Notes: generated by a model from the letters alone, not told the origin. Counted from the stretch's first letter, positions 45,533 to 56,303 are shown. The stretch is 64,000 nucleotides of DNA from Eubacteriales bacterium (GCA_045539625.1 JAZQFS010000064.1:4891-68890); one strand, 5' to 3'. Numbers and translations are program-made.

Positions 45533-46825
45533 GTGCGAAAAGAAGTAAGACCCGAAATGAATAAAAAATATAATACAATAGCCTTGTATACGCTGTGCGT
45601 GGCATTGATTATTGTGTGTTTTATTCTTGCAACAGTGTACAGTACACCCATAGGAAACTTCCTTGCAAAGGTGACGTCAATTCTCTCACCTGTGCTGTAC
45701 GGTATAGTTTTTGCGTATATTCTTTGCCCTGCGTGTAACTTTTTTGACAGATTGCTGGATAAACTTAAGGGAGATAAAAAAATCCATAAATATCTGCTGA
45801 ATCCAATAGCAAAGCGCGGCGGTATAGTAATTACCTACATTCTGTTTGTGGCGGCGCTGGTTGGACTGTTCTATATAGTTATCCCCCAGATTTCCGACAG
45901 CTTCAACAGCTTTTACGACAACTACAAAATATATATCAAAAGAGCAGATGCCTTTCTTCGTGACCTTGGCGATATGTTCGGCTTTATTCCTGCCGATGTG
46001 ATTAAAAACGTGGAGCAGGGACTTGTTTCAATGCTGGAACGCTTTGTTGAACGCTCGCTGCAGCTTGTGACGGAGTACAGCCCTGTGCTTATCAACAAGG
46101 TTTCGGGCTTTGCAATGGGCGTGTGGAATATAGTTCTCGGTATTATCATTTCAATATACGTTCTTGCCGAAAGAAAGAATTTTATGAGAGCAGGCAAAAA
46201 GCTTGTTTACTCCTGCTTTTCCGTAAACAGAGCACACAGCATCTGCCGTGCCGTTGAAAAAACACATCAGGTTTTCGGCGGCTTTGTAAACGGCAAGCTC
46301 CTTGATTCCTTGATTATCGGTATTCTGTGCTTTGCGGGAACGTCGATTTTGCAGATTCCCTATGCACCTCTTATCAGCCTTATTGTGGGTATTACAAACG
46401 TAATTCCTTATTTCGGACCGTTTATGGGTGCAATTCCTTCATTTATAATTGTCTTCCTCAATGAGCCTGTAAAGGCGTTGTGGTTTGCAATATTTGTGCT
46501 TGTGCTTCAGCAGCTTGACGGTAACTTCATAGGTCCCAAGATTTTAGGTCAAACCATCGGCGTGTCGTCCTTCTGGATTATTACAAGTCTTCTTGTAATG
46601 GGCGGACTTTACGGTGTTGTGGGAATGATACTTGCCGTTCCTCTCTTTGCACTTGTACAGATGCTGCTCACCAAAATTTGTAACAGCGTGCTGATGGCTA
46701 AGGGTATTACCGTGACAGACGAAAAGGTTACGGTGATGGAATATAAAGATCCCCTTGATTTTGATGATGACGACGATGATTACGATGATGAATACGAGGT
46801 AGTAAATACCGTAGAAAAAGAATAA
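45533..46825 (+). CDS. AI-2E family transporter
   Basis: NVIPYFGPFMG, QQLDGNFIGPKILG, GMILAVP. Confidence 0.9.
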   Translation: MRKEVRPEMNKKYNTIALYTLCVALIIVCFILATVYSTPIGNFLAKVTSILSPVLYGIVFAYILCPACNFFDRLLDKLKGDKKIHKYLLNPIAKRGGIVITYILFVAALVGLFYIVIPQISDSFNSFYDNYKIYIKRADAFLRDLGDMFGFIPADVIKNVEQGLVSMLERFVERSLQLVTEYSPVLINKVSGFAMGVWNIVLGIIISIYVLAERKNFMRAGKKLVYSCFSVNRAHSICRAVEKTHQVFGGFVNGKLLDSLIIGILCFAGTSILQIPYAPLISLIVGITNVIPYFGPFMGAIPSFIIVFLNEPVKALWFAIFVLVLQQLDGNFIGPKILGQTIGVSSFWIITSLLVMGGLYGVVGMILAVPLFALVQMLLTKICNSVLMAKGITVTDEKVTVMEYKDPLDFDDDDDDYDDEYEVVNTVEKE

Positions 46826-46868
46826 CATTGGATTAAGGAGGAGGCACAGCGATTGTGCCGAATAAGCT

Positions 46869-47681
46869 ATGTTTGAAAAAATCGGTGATATTTACGTAAA
46901 CGGACTTTTCCCCGACATTGCGGCAAAAAGTACAATAGGAACACCCTTTTTGTGTGCGGGAATTGTGCTGACGGCACTTATAGCATATATTCTCGGTTCA
47001 TTTAACTTTGCACTTATCCTGTCAAAGAAAATGTACGGCGAGGACATTCGAGACCACGGCAGTAAAAATGCAGGTACTACCAATATGATGCGTACCTACG
47101 GCAAGAAGGCGGCACTGTTTACCATTCTTGGAGATATAGGCAAAGGTCTGCTTTCGGTAATTGCGGGAAGCTTTCTTTTGGGAGCTGCCTTCGGCGGCGG
47201 ATACTTTGCAGGACTCTGCTGTGTAATCGGACACGTGTTTCCGCTGTTTTACGGCTTTAAGGGAGGAAAAGGTGTTGCAACGGCAGCGGCGGTAATTCTT
47301 ATGGTTGATCCGCTTGTGTGCCTTGTGGTGCTGGGAATATTTATACTGACGGTTGTTCTCACAAGATACGTATCTCTCGGCTCATGTCTCGGTGCGGCTC
47401 TTTTCCCGTTTCTCACCTTCTACCACGTTGTGGGAAATCCTGCTTTTCCGGGCGGAGGAATAGCTTTTGTGTGTGCTTTGATTATGGCAATGATTGTTAT
47501 ATGTAAGCATCATACAAACTTAAGACGTCTTGCAAACGGAACAGAATCAAAGTTCAGCTTCAAAAAGAGCAAGCCTACAGGCGAAAAAGCGGAAAACAAG
47601 GACGTGGAAGCTGAGGATTCTCACACATATACGGCAAAGAAGAAAAAGAAAAAACGAAAATTTACGGCTAAAAAGAAATAA
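46869..47681 (+). CDS. plsY: Glycerol-3-phosphate acyltransferase PlsY
   Basis: GSKNAGTTN, DIGKG, GHVFP..GFKGGKGVAT, HHTNLRRL. Confidence 0.92.
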   Translation: MFEKIGDIYVNGLFPDIAAKSTIGTPFLCAGIVLTALIAYILGSFNFALILSKKMYGEDIRDHGSKNAGTTNMMRTYGKKAALFTILGDIGKGLLSVIAGSFLLGAAFGGGYFAGLCCVIGHVFPLFYGFKGGKGVATAAAVILMVDPLVCLVVLGIFILTVVLTRYVSLGSCLGAALFPFLTFYHVVGNPAFPGGGIAFVCALIMAMIVICKHHTNLRRLANGTESKFSFKKSKPTGEKAENKDVEAEDSHTYTAKKKKKKRKFTAKKK

Positions 47682-47700
47682 TTATACGGAGGATAAAACA

Positions 47701-48981
47701 ATGAGCCACATTAACACAAAATGTATTCAGTCGGGCTATACACCCAAAAACGGAGAGCCCAGAATTCTGCCTATTGTGCAGAGCACAACATATAAGTATG
47801 AGTCTGCCGACCAGATGGGAAGACTTTTCGACCTTGAAGAAAGCGGATACTTCTATACCCGTCTTGCAAACCCCACAAACGATGCGGTTGCGGCAAAAAT
47901 CTGCGATATGGAGGGCGGCGTAGGCGCAATGCTTACCTCTTCAGGTCAGGCGGCAAACTTCTATGCCATTTTCAACATCTGTAACGCAGGTGACCACGTT
48001 GTTTGCTCCAGTGCAATTTACGGCGGTACTTTCAATCTTTTCAACGTAACCATGAGAAAAATGGGTATTGACTTTACATTCGTAACACCCGATGTTTCCG
48101 ACGAAGAGCTTGAAGCGGCATTCAAGCCCAACACCAAGGCTGTGTTTGCAGAGAGTATTTCAAACCCTTCACTTTGCATCATTGACTTTGAACAGTTTGC
48201 ATCTGCCGCACACAGACACGGCGTACCCTTTATTGTTGACAATACCTTCCCCACACCCATCAACTGCCGTCCCATCGAATACGGCGTTGACATTGTAACA
48301 CACTCCACTACCAAGTATATGGACGGTCATGCCACAAGTGTTGGCGGCTGTATTGTAGACAGCGGTAACTTTGACTGGAGCAAGTACCCCGAAAAGTTCT
48401 CCTGCCTTACAACTCCCGACGATTCCTACCACGGCATTGTTTATACCGAAAAATTCGGCAAGAGCGCATACATCACAAAGGCACTTTCACAGGTTATGAG
48501 AGACCTTGGCTCAATCCAGTCGCCCCAGAATGCCTTCCTTCTCAACCTCGGTCTTGAAACACTTGCTCTCAGAATGGAAAGACATTGCTCCAATGCTCTT
48601 GAGGTTGCAAAGTTCCTTGAAAGCGACGAAAGAATTGCATGGGTAGAATATCCCGGCCTTGAGTCAAGCAAGTACCATGACAGAGCCGTAAAGTATATGC
48701 CTGACGGCACCTGCGGTGTTATTTCCTTCGGTGTAAAGGGCGACAGAGAAACAGCGACAAAGTTTATGGACGCATTGAAGCTTGCAGCTATCGTAACACA
48801 CGTTGCCGATGCAAGAACCTGTATTCTCCACCCTGCAAGCACAACACACCGCCAGCTTACCGACGAGCAGCTTCGTGACTGCGGAACAAGCCCCGATCTT
48901 CTCAGACTTTCCGTGGGTATTGAGTATGCAGGAGATATTATTGACGACATTAAGCAGGCTCTTGACTCAATTTTTGCGTAA
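47701..48981 (+). CDS. metY: O-acetylhomoserine aminocarboxypropyltransferase
   Basis: YTRLANPT, SSGQAA, VDNTFPT, HSTTKYMDGH (PLP Lys), LRLSVGIE. Confidence 0.85.
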   Translation: MSHINTKCIQSGYTPKNGEPRILPIVQSTTYKYESADQMGRLFDLEESGYFYTRLANPTNDAVAAKICDMEGGVGAMLTSSGQAANFYAIFNICNAGDHVVCSSAIYGGTFNLFNVTMRKMGIDFTFVTPDVSDEELEAAFKPNTKAVFAESISNPSLCIIDFEQFASAAHRHGVPFIVDNTFPTPINCRPIEYGVDIVTHSTTKYMDGHATSVGGCIVDSGNFDWSKYPEKFSCLTTPDDSYHGIVYTEKFGKSAYITKALSQVMRDLGSIQSPQNAFLLNLGLETLALRMERHCSNALEVAKFLESDERIAWVEYPGLESSKYHDRAVKYMPDGTCGVISFGVKGDRETATKFMDALKLAAIVTHVADARTCILHPASTTHRQLTDEQLRDCGTSPDLLRLSVGIEYAGDIIDDIKQALDSIFA

Positions 48982-49118
48982 TAAAAAGAAAAGCCGATTG
49001 ACTTGTTTTAAATTTAAACTGAAAGATGACCGCCGATGTACGGCGGTCATCTGAGCTTGTCTTGATATAAAAAAACCGTCCATTACGAAAGCAAAGGACG
49101 GAATTTTTTTTATTATTG

Positions 49119-50048
49119 TTATTTCTTTTTGTCCTCAAGACCTGCGAAGAAGTATTCGGGCTTTTTATCGGTGGTGTAGAACAAGTCAAAATTTGACAGC
49201 ACCTTTCGCACCGTACTGAAGGTTTTTCCCGAACCGTGTGATTTTTTGAACTGCGACGGCGTAACACCGTGAGTTTTCATAAATGCTCTGTTGAAGGAAC
49301 GCACAGTGCCGTAACCGCAATGATAGGCTATGTCAAGTATGTTCATATCGGTATCGGTTAGATAGGAGTCGGCTTTGCTCATTCTCAGTAAGGTGATATA
49401 TTCCTTTACGGCAAGATTTATATTTTTGGAGAACAATTGCTGAAGTCTTGCGGGAGTTGCTCCCAGAGCACGTGACAGCACCGTTACGTTAAAGCTTTCC
49501 TCGGTGTATTTTTCACAGCATATTCTTACGGCACGTATAAACAGACTTGTGTCGGTTTTGTCGGATTTTTCAAGGGGCGTCACATTGAGAATGTCGCTGA
49601 CAAAAGAAACAAGCTCCGAAAAATACCTCATATACTTTGCAGGGGCCTGATTGTTTTCAAAGCCCTTGCAAAGCCCCGACAGCTTTTCCGAAAGGTTTGG
49701 AAAGAGACTGTTCATTGTCTCGTTTTTTATGATGGGAGATTTCGGAACATATTCAAGCAGAAGCGTTCCCATTGCTCCCAGACTTTCAGGCTCGAAAAGT
49801 GCTTTGAATAAAAATGGCTTGTGTCCGTCCTCAACGCTGTAGCCGTGAAGAACGTAAGGAACGAAGAATGCCGCATCGCCTTCATTTAAGGTGGTTGTTC
49901 TGCCGTTGATGTTGACACCTATGCTTCCGCTGGTTACGCATATCAGCTCAATGTGCCTGTGCTGATGAAGAGGAAAATCACGCTCGTGAGCAACGGTTAT
50001 CTGCGGATTGAGATAAAGCTCGTTTTCGTATTTTGCAGGCTGTGTCAC
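49119..50048 (-). CDS. AraC-family regulator
   Basis: FPLHQHRHIE cupin; CGYGTVRSFNRAF HTH. Confidence 0.9.
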   Translation of the reverse strand: MTQPAKYENELYLNPQITVAHERDFPLHQHRHIELICVTSGSIGVNINGRTTTLNEGDAAFFVPYVLHGYSVEDGHKPFLFKALFEPESLGAMGTLLLEYVPKSPIIKNETMNSLFPNLSEKLSGLCKGFENNQAPAKYMRYFSELVSFVSDILNVTPLEKSDKTDTSLFIRAVRICCEKYTEESFNVTVLSRALGATPARLQQLFSKNINLAVKEYITLLRMSKADSYLTDTDMNILDIAYHCGYGTVRSFNRAFMKTHGVTPSQFKKSHGSGKTFSTVRKVLSNFDLFYTTDKKPEYFFAGLEDKKK

Positions 50049-50128
50049 ATTTTTTCCTCCTCTCAGTGTTCTGATTTTATTTTACACGATTTTCTTCAAA
50101 AATCAACACGTAAGACAAAAGATTATAT

Positions 50129-50172
50129 AAAACGTCTATAGTTAATTGCCAAAACGTCTATAATTAATTGAC
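50129..50172. repeat. 22-bp tandem direct repeat, possible AraC site
   Basis: AAAACGTCTATAGTTAATTGCC / AAAACGTCTATAATTAATTGAC. Confidence 0.7.
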
Positions 50173-50287
50173 AAAGCAAACCTGCAACATTGCTTTGAAG
50201 ATGTGTAAAGTGTCAAATAATCGGTTGCGGTAAAGTTAAAACAGCCGAAAATGTGTAAAAATGTAATCTTTTACGTTGTTATGGATA

Positions 50288-50316
50288 TTGACTTTTTGCC
50301 GATAAAGCTGTATATT
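50288..50316 (+). promoter_or_regulatory. Promoter of the nhaC-like gene
   Basis: TTGACT-17 bp-TATATT. Confidence 0.65.
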
Positions 50317-50345
50317 ATAGGCATACGGAAAAGGAGGTACGGACA

Positions 50346-51647
50346 ATGGAGCTTTGTGTTATTATATTGTTTTGTCTGTCGCTTGTAATATGCATACTTT
50401 CGGACTCTTCAATACTTATCGCCCTTGCTTTCGGTCTTTGCCTTTTCTGGCTGTACGGATTAAAAAAAGGCTTTACGCCGCTGAACCTTCTCAAAATGAC
50501 CTTCACGGGAATTAATACCGTTAAAAACATACTTATAACCTTTGTGCTTATCGGAATTATGACGGCTCTCTGGCGTGAAGCAGGCACAATTGCCGTTATT
50601 GTCAGTACCGCATCAAAGCTTATAAGCCCGCCTGTGTTTTTGCTTGCCGCATTTTTACTGTGCTGCTTTGTGTCCTTCCTTACGGGAACAGCCTTCGGTA
50701 CGGCGGCGACAATGGGAGTTATCTGCTCTACCATGGCGGTGTCTCTCGGTATTTCGCCCTTGTTTACGGGTGGAGCAATACTTGCAGGCAGCTATTTCGG
50801 TGACAGGTGCTCACCCATATCCACAAGTGCCATTCTTGTCAGCACGCTTACGAAATCTGACTTGTTTTGCAATCTTAAAAATATGGCAAGGTCGGCAGTT
50901 GTACCTTTTTTGCTTTCATGTGTGCTGTACGGCTTTCTGGGAAAGACTTTTTCGGCAAAGGGCAGCATACCCGATCTTACGGGCATATTTTCACGGGACT
51001 TTGAAATGGAGCTTGTGTGTGTATTGCCTGCCTTGCTTATACTTGTGCTGTCGCTGTTGAAGGTCAATGTAAAAATCGCAATGGGGGCAAGTATACTGTG
51101 TGCCGTGCCCATTTGTATTTTGCTTCAGGGAAGCGATGCTGTGTCCTTGCCGCACCTTGCCGTTTTCGGCTATACGTCTCAGGATACACAAATTGCATCA
51201 ATGATGAACGGCGGAGGCATTGTGTCAATGTTAAAGCCTATGTGCATTGTTTGTCTGTCTTCGTCCTATTCGGATATTTTCAGGAAAACGGGACTTCTCA
51301 ACGGAGCAAAAAGTGCCGTAAATGCAGTTTCGGAAAAAACGAATTCCTATATTGCCGCATTGCTCACATCTGCTGTAACGGGTATGATTGCCTGCAACCA
51401 GACTTTGTCAATTATGCTTACCCATCAGCTTTGCAGTGACACCGAAAAGGATAACAGCCGTCTTGCACTGAACATTGAAGACAGCGCCGTTGTTACTGCA
51501 AGCCTTGTGCCGTGGTCAATAGCATCGTCTGTTGCGCTTTCTGCAGTGTCATGTCCGCAGACGTCAATAGCCTTTGGCTTTTTCCTGTATCTTCTGCCGC
51601 TGTGGAGGGTTGTACAAAGCCTGATTTTCAGAAGGAAACATTCATAA
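50346..51647 (+). CDS. nhaC: Na+/H+ antiporter NhaC-family transporter
   Basis: GTAFGTAATMG, GSYFGDRCSPIS, LVPWS; multiple TM helices. Confidence 0.8.
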   Translation: MELCVIILFCLSLVICILSDSSILIALAFGLCLFWLYGLKKGFTPLNLLKMTFTGINTVKNILITFVLIGIMTALWREAGTIAVIVSTASKLISPPVFLLAAFLLCCFVSFLTGTAFGTAATMGVICSTMAVSLGISPLFTGGAILAGSYFGDRCSPISTSAILVSTLTKSDLFCNLKNMARSAVVPFLLSCVLYGFLGKTFSAKGSIPDLTGIFSRDFEMELVCVLPALLILVLSLLKVNVKIAMGASILCAVPICILLQGSDAVSLPHLAVFGYTSQDTQIASMMNGGGIVSMLKPMCIVCLSSSYSDIFRKTGLLNGAKSAVNAVSEKTNSYIAALLTSAVTGMIACNQTLSIMLTHQLCSDTEKDNSRLALNIEDSAVVTASLVPWSIASSVALSAVSCPQTSIAFGFFLYLLPLWRVVQSLIFRRKHS

Positions 51648-51719
51648 ATATTGGAAAAACACAGCGAACAATTAATAAAAATGCTCCTCAATGAGCTTAA
51701 TAACAGATTTTGCCGCAAG

Positions 51720-51748
51720 AAAAGCCGCCTCGTTATGAGACGGCTTTT
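51720..51748. terminator. Bidirectional terminator
   Basis: AAAAGCCGCCTC-GTTAT-GAGACGGCTTTT. Confidence 0.8.
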
Positions 51749-51763
51749 GTACTGTAAACTATT

Positions 51764-52702
51764 TCAGTTACACTCTGCGTTAAGAGGACCTGCAAGCTCT
51801 TTAAGATAGAAGAGACGTCCGGGGAGTGTGGGAATAAAGGTCGATGTGATGTTCTTGTCGGGACCGTAATGGAGAGTTGTAAGAAAACTCATACCCTGCC
51901 ACTGCATTCCTCTGCCCAAAGCTCCGTCTGCACCGCCGATGATGTAGTCAGCCTGAAGGAAGAGACCGGGTCCTATTGTGTTGGCACGGCAGGGAACAAG
52001 AGTTGTACGGCTCTTGAAGCTTGTTATGGCATTCTGCTCAATTGTAAGGGGGTGAAGCTTTGCACCTATTCTGTAGCACTGCTTCTTCCATTCTTCAACC
52101 GTCGGGAATTCTTCGCCGAAGTGAGGCTCCCAGAAAGCAATGTGGCACATTCTGCCTATACCGAATACAAGCACAAGCTTTGCACCCTCTGCCTTGAGAG
52201 AAGCAATCTTTTCGGGATATGTGGGAAGATTGTCCTTTGTTGCAAAGTTTCTCTGAGATGCAGGAACGGTGTTGTCGCCAAGCTTGTTGAAGAAGGCTTC
52301 CTTCATGCTGTACTCAAAGGATGCAGGGTTGTCGGAAGGAAGAGTGTTTCCTTCGCCGTCAGACCACTCATCCATATTAAATGTGTAAACGTGGTCGCAC
52401 TTTACGTCCCATTCCTTAAGAAAGTATACTGCCCACTTGTACATTCCCATAGGTCCTACGGGAAGAATAAGGGCAATTTTTGTGCCGTTGTCCTTAGCTT
52501 TTTTTATCTGAAGAGCAATTTCATGTCCCATAAGGGTGTCAAATTCGCCTAAGGTTTCACATTCTATGGGGTTGAAATCCTTGTGCCAGAAGTCTTCACG
52601 CTTAACGCCCATATCACAGCATCTGTCGATTTTTTCCATATCCCAGCCTTTTGGATAAAAGCCTTCCAGAAGACTGCCTTTTACTGTACTGTTAAAATCC
52701 AT
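51764..52702 (-). CDS. NagB/glucosamine-6-phosphate isomerase-like protein
   Basis: [30 protein letters not shown]. Confidence 0.75.
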   Translation of the reverse strand: MDFNSTVKGSLLEGFYPKGWDMEKIDRCCDMGVKREDFWHKDFNPIECETLGEFDTLMGHEIALQIKKAKDNGTKIALILPVGPMGMYKWAVYFLKEWDVKCDHVYTFNMDEWSDGEGNTLPSDNPASFEYSMKEAFFNKLGDNTVPASQRNFATKDNLPTYPEKIASLKAEGAKLVLVFGIGRMCHIAFWEPHFGEEFPTVEEWKKQCYRIGAKLHPLTIEQNAITSFKSRTTLVPCRANTIGPGLFLQADYIIGGADGALGRGMQWQGMSFLTTLHYGPDKNITSTFIPTLPGRLFYLKELAGPLNAECN

Positions 52703-52726
52703 TTTTCATTCTCCTTGTGTAATGTA

Positions 52727-53581
52727 TTAAAAATCAAACCATTCTTTTTTCAGCTCGTCCGTAAGAGGCTCGCCGTATTCGCACACTTCAAAAGCTTCTG
52801 CAAAATGGATTTTTCTGCCTCTTTCCTCACCGTATCTTTGGATAAGCTCACGTCTGAAGCGTGAAGCCGTCTTTGCAAACTTAAGGGCATGACCTCTGCC
52901 ATTTGTGGTGAGGATTTCTTCATCGGTGGAGTTTTCGTTTATTTCATTGCCGATAAGCCACTTGTAACGCTCTTCCTTGTCTGATGGCACTTCGTCCAGT
53001 GTGCCGTAGGTGTAAGGAAGCCATTCATAAACCTGACTGTCGTTAAGGTCGGCAATTCTGTACTTTGTTTCAACCTCATCGTCAATGTCAATAACAATGT
53101 CGCCGCAGAAAGGCGGATACTTGAAGCTGTCTTCATTGTACATGATAACGGGCATAAACCTCATTGCAGGCACGTCGGGACACTCGTGAGGAACGGTGAG
53201 AAGGTAGGAAGCGTCCTGAACAAGCTGACCTGCCGCTCTGTGGTCGGCGTGGTAATCGTTGGGACGGTGTGTTATAATGAGGTCGGGACAGTACTCTCGA
53301 ATATATCGGATAAGACGTTTTCTTGTTGCAAGGTCGGCAACGATGTTGCAGTCATCAATATCCCATACATCGTAGGTTATGCCAAGAAGCTTTGCTACGT
53401 TTGCAGATTCCGTGGCACGCTTTGCCGTTGTTTGCTCGGGTGTCATTACGTGATGTCCGCCGCAGCCGTTGCAAAGACTTAAGAAGCGTACATCATAGCC
53501 CTTTTTTACAAATTTGCTTGCGAGAGCGCCGCATCTGAATTCGTTGTCGTCCTGATGAGCGCCTATCATAAGAACTTTCAT
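52727..53581 (-). CDS. PIG-L family deacetylase
   Basis: IGAHQDDNE, R..E and DYHADH motifs. Confidence 0.85.
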   Translation of the reverse strand: MKVLMIGAHQDDNEFRCGALASKFVKKGYDVRFLSLCNGCGGHHVMTPEQTTAKRATESANVAKLLGITYDVWDIDDCNIVADLATRKRLIRYIREYCPDLIITHRPNDYHADHRAAGQLVQDASYLLTVPHECPDVPAMRFMPVIMYNEDSFKYPPFCGDIVIDIDDEVETKYRIADLNDSQVYEWLPYTYGTLDEVPSDKEERYKWLIGNEINENSTDEEILTTNGRGHALKFAKTASRFRRELIQRYGEERGRKIHFAEAFEVCEYGEPLTDELKKEWFDF

Positions 53582-53733
53582 TTAAATCATCCTTTCAGAT
53601 TTATGATACGAATTTAACATTTTTTCCGCCAATTGATTATTGACATCTACTTATATATATTATAAAATATTGTTATACAAATGTCTTTAGCAAAATTTTG
53701 CGAATATTTATCATTTTTTCCACGAGGTGAAAT

Positions 53734-54636
53734 ATGTTTCCTCTTACCGCCGTAAATAAAACCATAGAGCTTGACGGTTTTCATAACGTATATTATTTTG
53801 AATTTGGCAAATACCATCATCACGCCCCCGAAAAGCACTCATACTGGGAGATGGTTTATGTTGACAAGGGCAGAGTTCTTGCAAATACAGGCGGAAACAT
53901 CTGCACGCTTGAAGAAGGTCAGGCGATTTTCCACGGTCCGGGAGAGCTTCACGCCCACGTATCAAACAAAGAGGTTGCCAACAATATGCTGGTGGTGTCA
54001 TTTTCCTGCAAAAGCAAAAACGCACAGTTTTTTTCAGGAAAGGTTTTTACACTTGACAAAACCGAAAAAATGCTGCTTTCTCTGTTTATCGATGAGGCAA
54101 AGAATGCACTGGGACACATAACGGGAGATTTTTACGATAAGAGGAGCCTTGATTTTTCCGAGGAAGAGTTTGGTGCAAGTCAATTAATGAAGTTTCATTT
54201 CACCGAGCTTCTCATTAAGCTGTACAGAAGAAGTACCCCCGAAAAGCAGAAGGACAGACAGACGGCGTATAAGCTTCACGGCACCGACGAAACACTTGAT
54301 GCTGTAATAGAATATCTAAAAGAGCATATTTATACCGATATAACTCTTGCCGATATATGCAACACCTTTTATGTGCGTAAATCAAGACTCAGCGTTATTT
54401 TCAAGGAATATACGGGCAAAAGTCCCATAAGCTATTTCAAATGGCTTAAGATAGAACAGGCAAAAAAGCTGCTTCGTGAGGAAAACCTGTCTGTCAGCCA
54501 GATAACCGATATGCTTGGCTATTCGGGAATACATAATTTTACCCGTTCCTTTAAAAGCTGTACGGGATTTTCTCCCACAGGCTATAAAAAAAGCGTTATG
54601 CTGCTTCAGAATTCCGACGGAAACAAGCAGAAGTGA
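53734..54636 (+). CDS. AraC-family regulator
   Basis: EKHSYWEMVYVDKG cupin; LGYSGIHNFTRSFK HTH. Confidence 0.9.
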   Translation: MFPLTAVNKTIELDGFHNVYYFEFGKYHHHAPEKHSYWEMVYVDKGRVLANTGGNICTLEEGQAIFHGPGELHAHVSNKEVANNMLVVSFSCKSKNAQFFSGKVFTLDKTEKMLLSLFIDEAKNALGHITGDFYDKRSLDFSEEEFGASQLMKFHFTELLIKLYRRSTPEKQKDRQTAYKLHGTDETLDAVIEYLKEHIYTDITLADICNTFYVRKSRLSVIFKEYTGKSPISYFKWLKIEQAKKLLREENLSVSQITDMLGYSGIHNFTRSFKSCTGFSPTGYKKSVMLLQNSDGNKQK

Positions 54637-54664
54637 GGATTGTGACAAAAGTGGTTGTAAAGTA

Positions 54665-54693
54665 TTGACTTTTGCACAGTAAAGTGATAAAAT
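54665..54693 (+). promoter_or_regulatory. Sigma-A promoter
   Basis: TTGACT-17 bp-TAAAAT with extended TG. Confidence 0.65.
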
Positions 54694-54750
54694 GTAGTCA
54701 GTGAAATTTGTCATAAATCTGTTGAAGTTTGTAAATAATCGGAGGTTGTT

Positions 54751-56283
54751 ATGAAAAAGACATTTTTTAAGCATGTATTTTTGCTTACAGTCGTCATACT
54801 GTGCTGTTTGCTTACGGCGGCAGCATCGGCAAGAGAACTTGTATTAACCGAAATTACCGAAATAACACTTGAAGAAACACCCAAAGCACAGCAAGGTGCA
54901 CTTATGGGCGAGCCTGAAAACCGCTTCGGAAGACAAAGCCTTGCCAAGGTGGAAAATGCCGGGGCTATGCTTTATGCATACGATAAGCTGGTTGACGGCT
55001 TTGAAAATATGGAAAGCCAAATATGGCTGTCAGACGGACGTAATTACTTTATTTCCAAGGAAGAATTTAATCTCGTGCTTGAGGTTTATCTTTCTGACTA
55101 TCCCGAAAACTTCTGGTTTGACGGCACATGCGATTATACTCCCTATTCAAGCAACGGCGCAGTAGCGGTGATATATCCCGAGCTTGGTCTTTACGGTGAG
55201 GTTCTTACAAAAGAGCAGATACAAGCGTTACGGGAAAAGTTTGACCGTCAAACCGACAAAATCATTGCACGTATGAATAGAGAGGTAAAGGAAGAAGCGT
55301 CGCTGTACGAAACCCAGTACAACAAGGCTCTTTGGCTTCACGATACCGTTGCCAAAACCGTAAAATACGAAGAGGGACCAAACCATCAGACAGCATACGG
55401 TGCGCTTATAGACAGACGTGCCGTCTGTGCAGGCTACTGCGAATTGTATCAGGTACTGCTGAGAAAAGCGGGAATAGAATCGTGGGCTGTGAAGGGCATG
55501 GGAAAAAATTCCATGAACGGTACTGCCGAGCCTCACGAGTGGACACTTATGTGGCTTGACGGCAACTGCGTTTATACCGACGTTACCTGGGACGACCAGG
55601 GCTCTGACGTGTACCATTTGTATTTTGCAAGAGACCTTGCCACAATTAAAGAGGACCACGTTCCAAAGGAAGGTTTTTATGCCGACAGCCTTCCTAAGAC
55701 ACCCTGCGACAAGTGCGGCACAAGCGGATATTTTGACCACGTTTTCGGCGACCACAAGCTGACAGAGGATAAGTTTACAGGTGAAATTGTCAGCAGTCTG
55801 CTGGAAGAAGCGGTGGACGGCAGAGTATGGAAGGCGACACTTTTTGAGGATTATGCCACAACACTTTTGAGCTGGCTTCAAGGCAATCTCGGTGATGTAA
55901 TACAAGCAGGGTACAACGCAGGAATTATCGACTACTGCAAAGGCTTCAGTGCTTCTATGGGTTATGAAGGCTCATCGGGTGCAGGCAGAGAGATTCATCT
56001 TACCATCATCAACGCAGAGGACACCTTTGTGGGTGCAAATCAGAAATATGACGGCACCTGCGACGTAAGTGTCTTCAGAGATGAGGAAGACTCAGGCAAG
56101 CAGGTATCCCTTATGATTACCTACTATGACGAGGACGGCAAGACCGTGGGCGTTTCAATAAAGAATGTAACAAGCAGCTATACTGAGTTCAGCGAGGATA
56201 TGCCCGAGGGTGCGGTAAGCTTTAAGACTATGGTACTTGACGGTGCAAAGCTTTCGCCGCTGTGTGATTTTTCGCAGGGATAA
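54751..56283 (+). CDS. Secreted transglutaminase-like protein
   Basis: Signal peptide; AVCAGY (Cys), HEW (His), DVTWDD (Asp). Confidence 0.8.
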   Translation: MKKTFFKHVFLLTVVILCCLLTAAASARELVLTEITEITLEETPKAQQGALMGEPENRFGRQSLAKVENAGAMLYAYDKLVDGFENMESQIWLSDGRNYFISKEEFNLVLEVYLSDYPENFWFDGTCDYTPYSSNGAVAVIYPELGLYGEVLTKEQIQALREKFDRQTDKIIARMNREVKEEASLYETQYNKALWLHDTVAKTVKYEEGPNHQTAYGALIDRRAVCAGYCELYQVLLRKAGIESWAVKGMGKNSMNGTAEPHEWTLMWLDGNCVYTDVTWDDQGSDVYHLYFARDLATIKEDHVPKEGFYADSLPKTPCDKCGTSGYFDHVFGDHKLTEDKFTGEIVSSLLEEAVDGRVWKATLFEDYATTLLSWLQGNLGDVIQAGYNAGIIDYCKGFSASMGYEGSSGAGREIHLTIINAEDTFVGANQKYDGTCDVSVFRDEEDSGKQVSLMITYYDEDGKTVGVSIKNVTSSYTEFSEDMPEGAVSFKTMVLDGAKLSPLCDFSQG

Positions 56284-56303
56284 TTAACAGAATAATGCAA
56301 GAC

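Noticed and set aside
47682-47700. SAM riboswitch or T-box before metY (and before nhaC)
   Set aside because: The metY gap is 19 nt, and the nhaC promoter sits about 30 nt from its start codon, leaving no room for a leader.
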